The notes under the pieces are model-generated. The model was given only the letters and a program-made list of their open reading frames with translations. It was not told the DNA's origin and made no database searches. Positions 62,396 to 64,000 of a stretch of DNA of 64,000 nucleotides are shown one piece after another. Source of the DNA: a bacterium (GTDB lineage: Bacteria; UBA8248; JACPRG01; G963555815); assembly GCA_965261595.1 (NCBI GenBank), contig CBDHDG010000005.1, positions 288,001 through 352,000 of the forward strand. Direction: 5' to 3'. A program made the translations under genes and the position numbers. Within the stretch, counting starts at the first letter, position 1; the number at the start of each line of letters is the position of its first letter.

Positions 62396-62622
62396 GGGTC
62401 AGGTTTCATATTCAAACATCTTCGAAATTGCGATTGATCCTGGGAATGCATGACCTGCCGGAAACACGTTTATCCTGCCCCTGAATCAGCGATACGTATG
62501 TTCTCGCCGAAGACCGCGGTAGCGAAGCACGATCTCGTTCTCATAGACATCGTCATGGAAGAGGGATCGTCGGAGGTAAGGCAGATACCGCTCTGCGCCG
62601 AAATCTTCGTGAGAAATGCGGG

Positions 62623-63774
62623 TCAAGCATCCCCCAAGTCATCCAGATACTCGAACCGCTCTCCGGCGAAGTTCCTGAAGACGATGTGGCCGTCCTCGGA
62701 CGCCTCCCGGTACTCGGGCAACAGCGGGACCTTCCCCCCGCCGCCCGACAGGTCCACGGCGAACTTCGGGACGGCGTACCCGGAGGTGTGGCCGATGAGG
62801 GTTTTCATGAGGTCGATGCCCTTTTGGAGCGGCGTGCGGAAGTGGGCCGTGCCCTCGATCTGGTCGCACTGGAAGAGGTAATACGGCCGCACCCGGAGCC
62901 TCAAAAGCCGGCGCATGAGGGTCCGCAGCGTCTCTTCATCGTCGTTGATCCCGGCCAGCAGCACGCTTTGGCTGCCGACGGGAATGCCCGCGTCCGCCAG
63001 CCGCGCGCAGGCCCGCTCGACCTCGGGCGCGAGCTCCTTGGGGTGGACGACGTGGAGGCTCACGAAGAGGGGATGGAGCCGCTTCAGCCCCCGGACGAGG
63101 GCGGGGGTGACACGCTGGGGCAGGGTGATGGGAACGCGCGTTCCGATGCGGAGAACCTCGACGTGGGGAATCGCCCGGAGCCTCCCCAGGAGTCCCAGGA
63201 GCCGGTTGTCCGAGAGGGTCAAGGGGTCGCCGCCCGATACCAGGACGTCCCGGATGGCCGGGTTCGAGGCGACGTAGGCCAGTCCCTCCTCCCACTGGGC
63301 CGCCGTGACGGCCCGCTCCGGGTCTCCCACCATCCGCTTGCGGTTGCAGTACCGGCAATACGAGGAGCACACGTTGGAGGCCAGGAAGAGCACCCGGTCC
63401 GGATAGCGGTGGACGACGGCGGGCGCGGGCGAGAGGTCCTCTTCCCCCAAGGGGTCCGGGAAATCGGCCGGCGAGGGCCGGGCCTCCTCCGCGCGGGGGA
63501 TGAACTGGCGCCTCAGCGGACAATCCGGGTCCTCCGGGTCCATCAGGCTCGCGAAGTAGGGCGTCAGACCGGCCCCGAAGCCCCCCCCGTTTTCCCCGCC
63601 CCCCCTCTTGCGTTCGGAGAGGGCGATCCCCTCTTCCTCCTCCGGGCAGAGGGAAAACCGGCGGCGGAAATCCTCGATCCGAACCATCCGGTTCTTCATC
63701 TGCCAGCGCCAGTCGTCCCACTCGCGCTTCGTCGCTCCGTATTCCCGCCACGGTCTCGCGATCAATTTCCTCAT
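62623..63774 (-). CDS. KamA-family radical SAM enzyme (lysine 2,3-aminomutase-like)
   Basis: DWRWQ, DPLGE, HRYPDRV, CSSYCRYC, SGGDPL, RIGTR, FQCD, GGGGKVP. Confidence 0.9.
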   Translation of the reverse strand: MRKLIARPWREYGATKREWDDWRWQMKNRMVRIEDFRRRFSLCPEEEEGIALSERKRGGGENGGGFGAGLTPYFASLMDPEDPDCPLRRQFIPRAEEARPSPADFPDPLGEEDLSPAPAVVHRYPDRVLFLASNVCSSYCRYCNRKRMVGDPERAVTAAQWEEGLAYVASNPAIRDVLVSGGDPLTLSDNRLLGLLGRLRAIPHVEVLRIGTRVPITLPQRVTPALVRGLKRLHPLFVSLHVVHPKELAPEVERACARLADAGIPVGSQSVLLAGINDDEETLRTLMRRLLRLRVRPYYLFQCDQIEGTAHFRTPLQKGIDLMKTLIGHTSGYAVPKFAVDLSGGGGKVPLLPEYREASEDGHIVFRNFAGERFEYLDDLGDA

Positions 63775-63796
63775 GTCGGTTTACCGATCCTCGCCA

Positions 63797-63870
63797 GGAG
63801 GGCTTTTTTGAAAAACCGCCCCCCTGGACCCCTCCCAGGGGTTGGGAACCCCCTGAAAAACTTTCTGCGG
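63797..63870. repeat. Diverged copy D of the intergenic palindromic repeat
   Basis: GGAGGGCTTTTTTGAAAAACCGCCCCC...CCCCCTGAAAAACTTT. Confidence 0.65.
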
Positions 63871-64000
63871 CCAAGCCGGAGGCTTGGCCTTTCTGGGGTG
63901 GGTGTGGGTTTGGCTGAGCAGTCCGTCTGTGGCCAATGGGCCAGGTTACTTGCGATAGCGTGCGACCCTGAAGAAGGCCATGCGCCGGAGAGGTTCTGAG

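Noticed and set aside
62486..62626. 46-aa minus-strand ORF overlapping the kamA stop
   Set aside because: Short, no recognisable motif, at the island edge; cannot be supported

Overview
High-GC bacterial chromosomal window. The PxxKW-family gene and the gene order suggest a Nitrospinota/Tectomicrobia/deltaproteobacteria-like lineage (inference only). Core genes: 3' part of uvrA, trpG/trpD/trpC, an M16 peptidase, ddl, mgtE, the rpsB-tsf-pyrH-frr-uppS-cdsA-dxr-pgpA-pncC-thpR cluster, rplM-rpsI-argC-argJ, UDP-sugar dehydrogenase/epimerase, an unusual polysaccharide export pair, an FrhB-like plus xanthine-dehydrogenase-family (CoxM/S/L-like) cluster and a KamA radical SAM gene. Three accessory highlights. 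(1) A complete IS110 element (2737-5321) sits in a GTAG-type REP hairpin. Its non-coding left end reads as a bridge RNA whose guides match both its own circle junction and the reconstituted target site. Its transposase is degenerate and is itself interrupted by an IS3-family element. (2) A 958-bp transposase-less cassette (55476-56433) with 37-bp terminal inverted repeats, an 8-bp target duplication, two passenger ORFs and four NrdR-box-like motifs splits a Mo-hydroxylase gene inside a lower-GC island (~52.3-62.6 kb). (3) A lipoprotein fuses FG-GAP repeats to Wza-like SLBB domains, next to a Wzc lacking the usual Tyr cluster. Several single-base frameshifts at short homopolymers suggest long-read consensus errors. 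No rRNA, tRNA or CRISPR array was recognised. All product calls come from motif recognition by eye, not from database searches.
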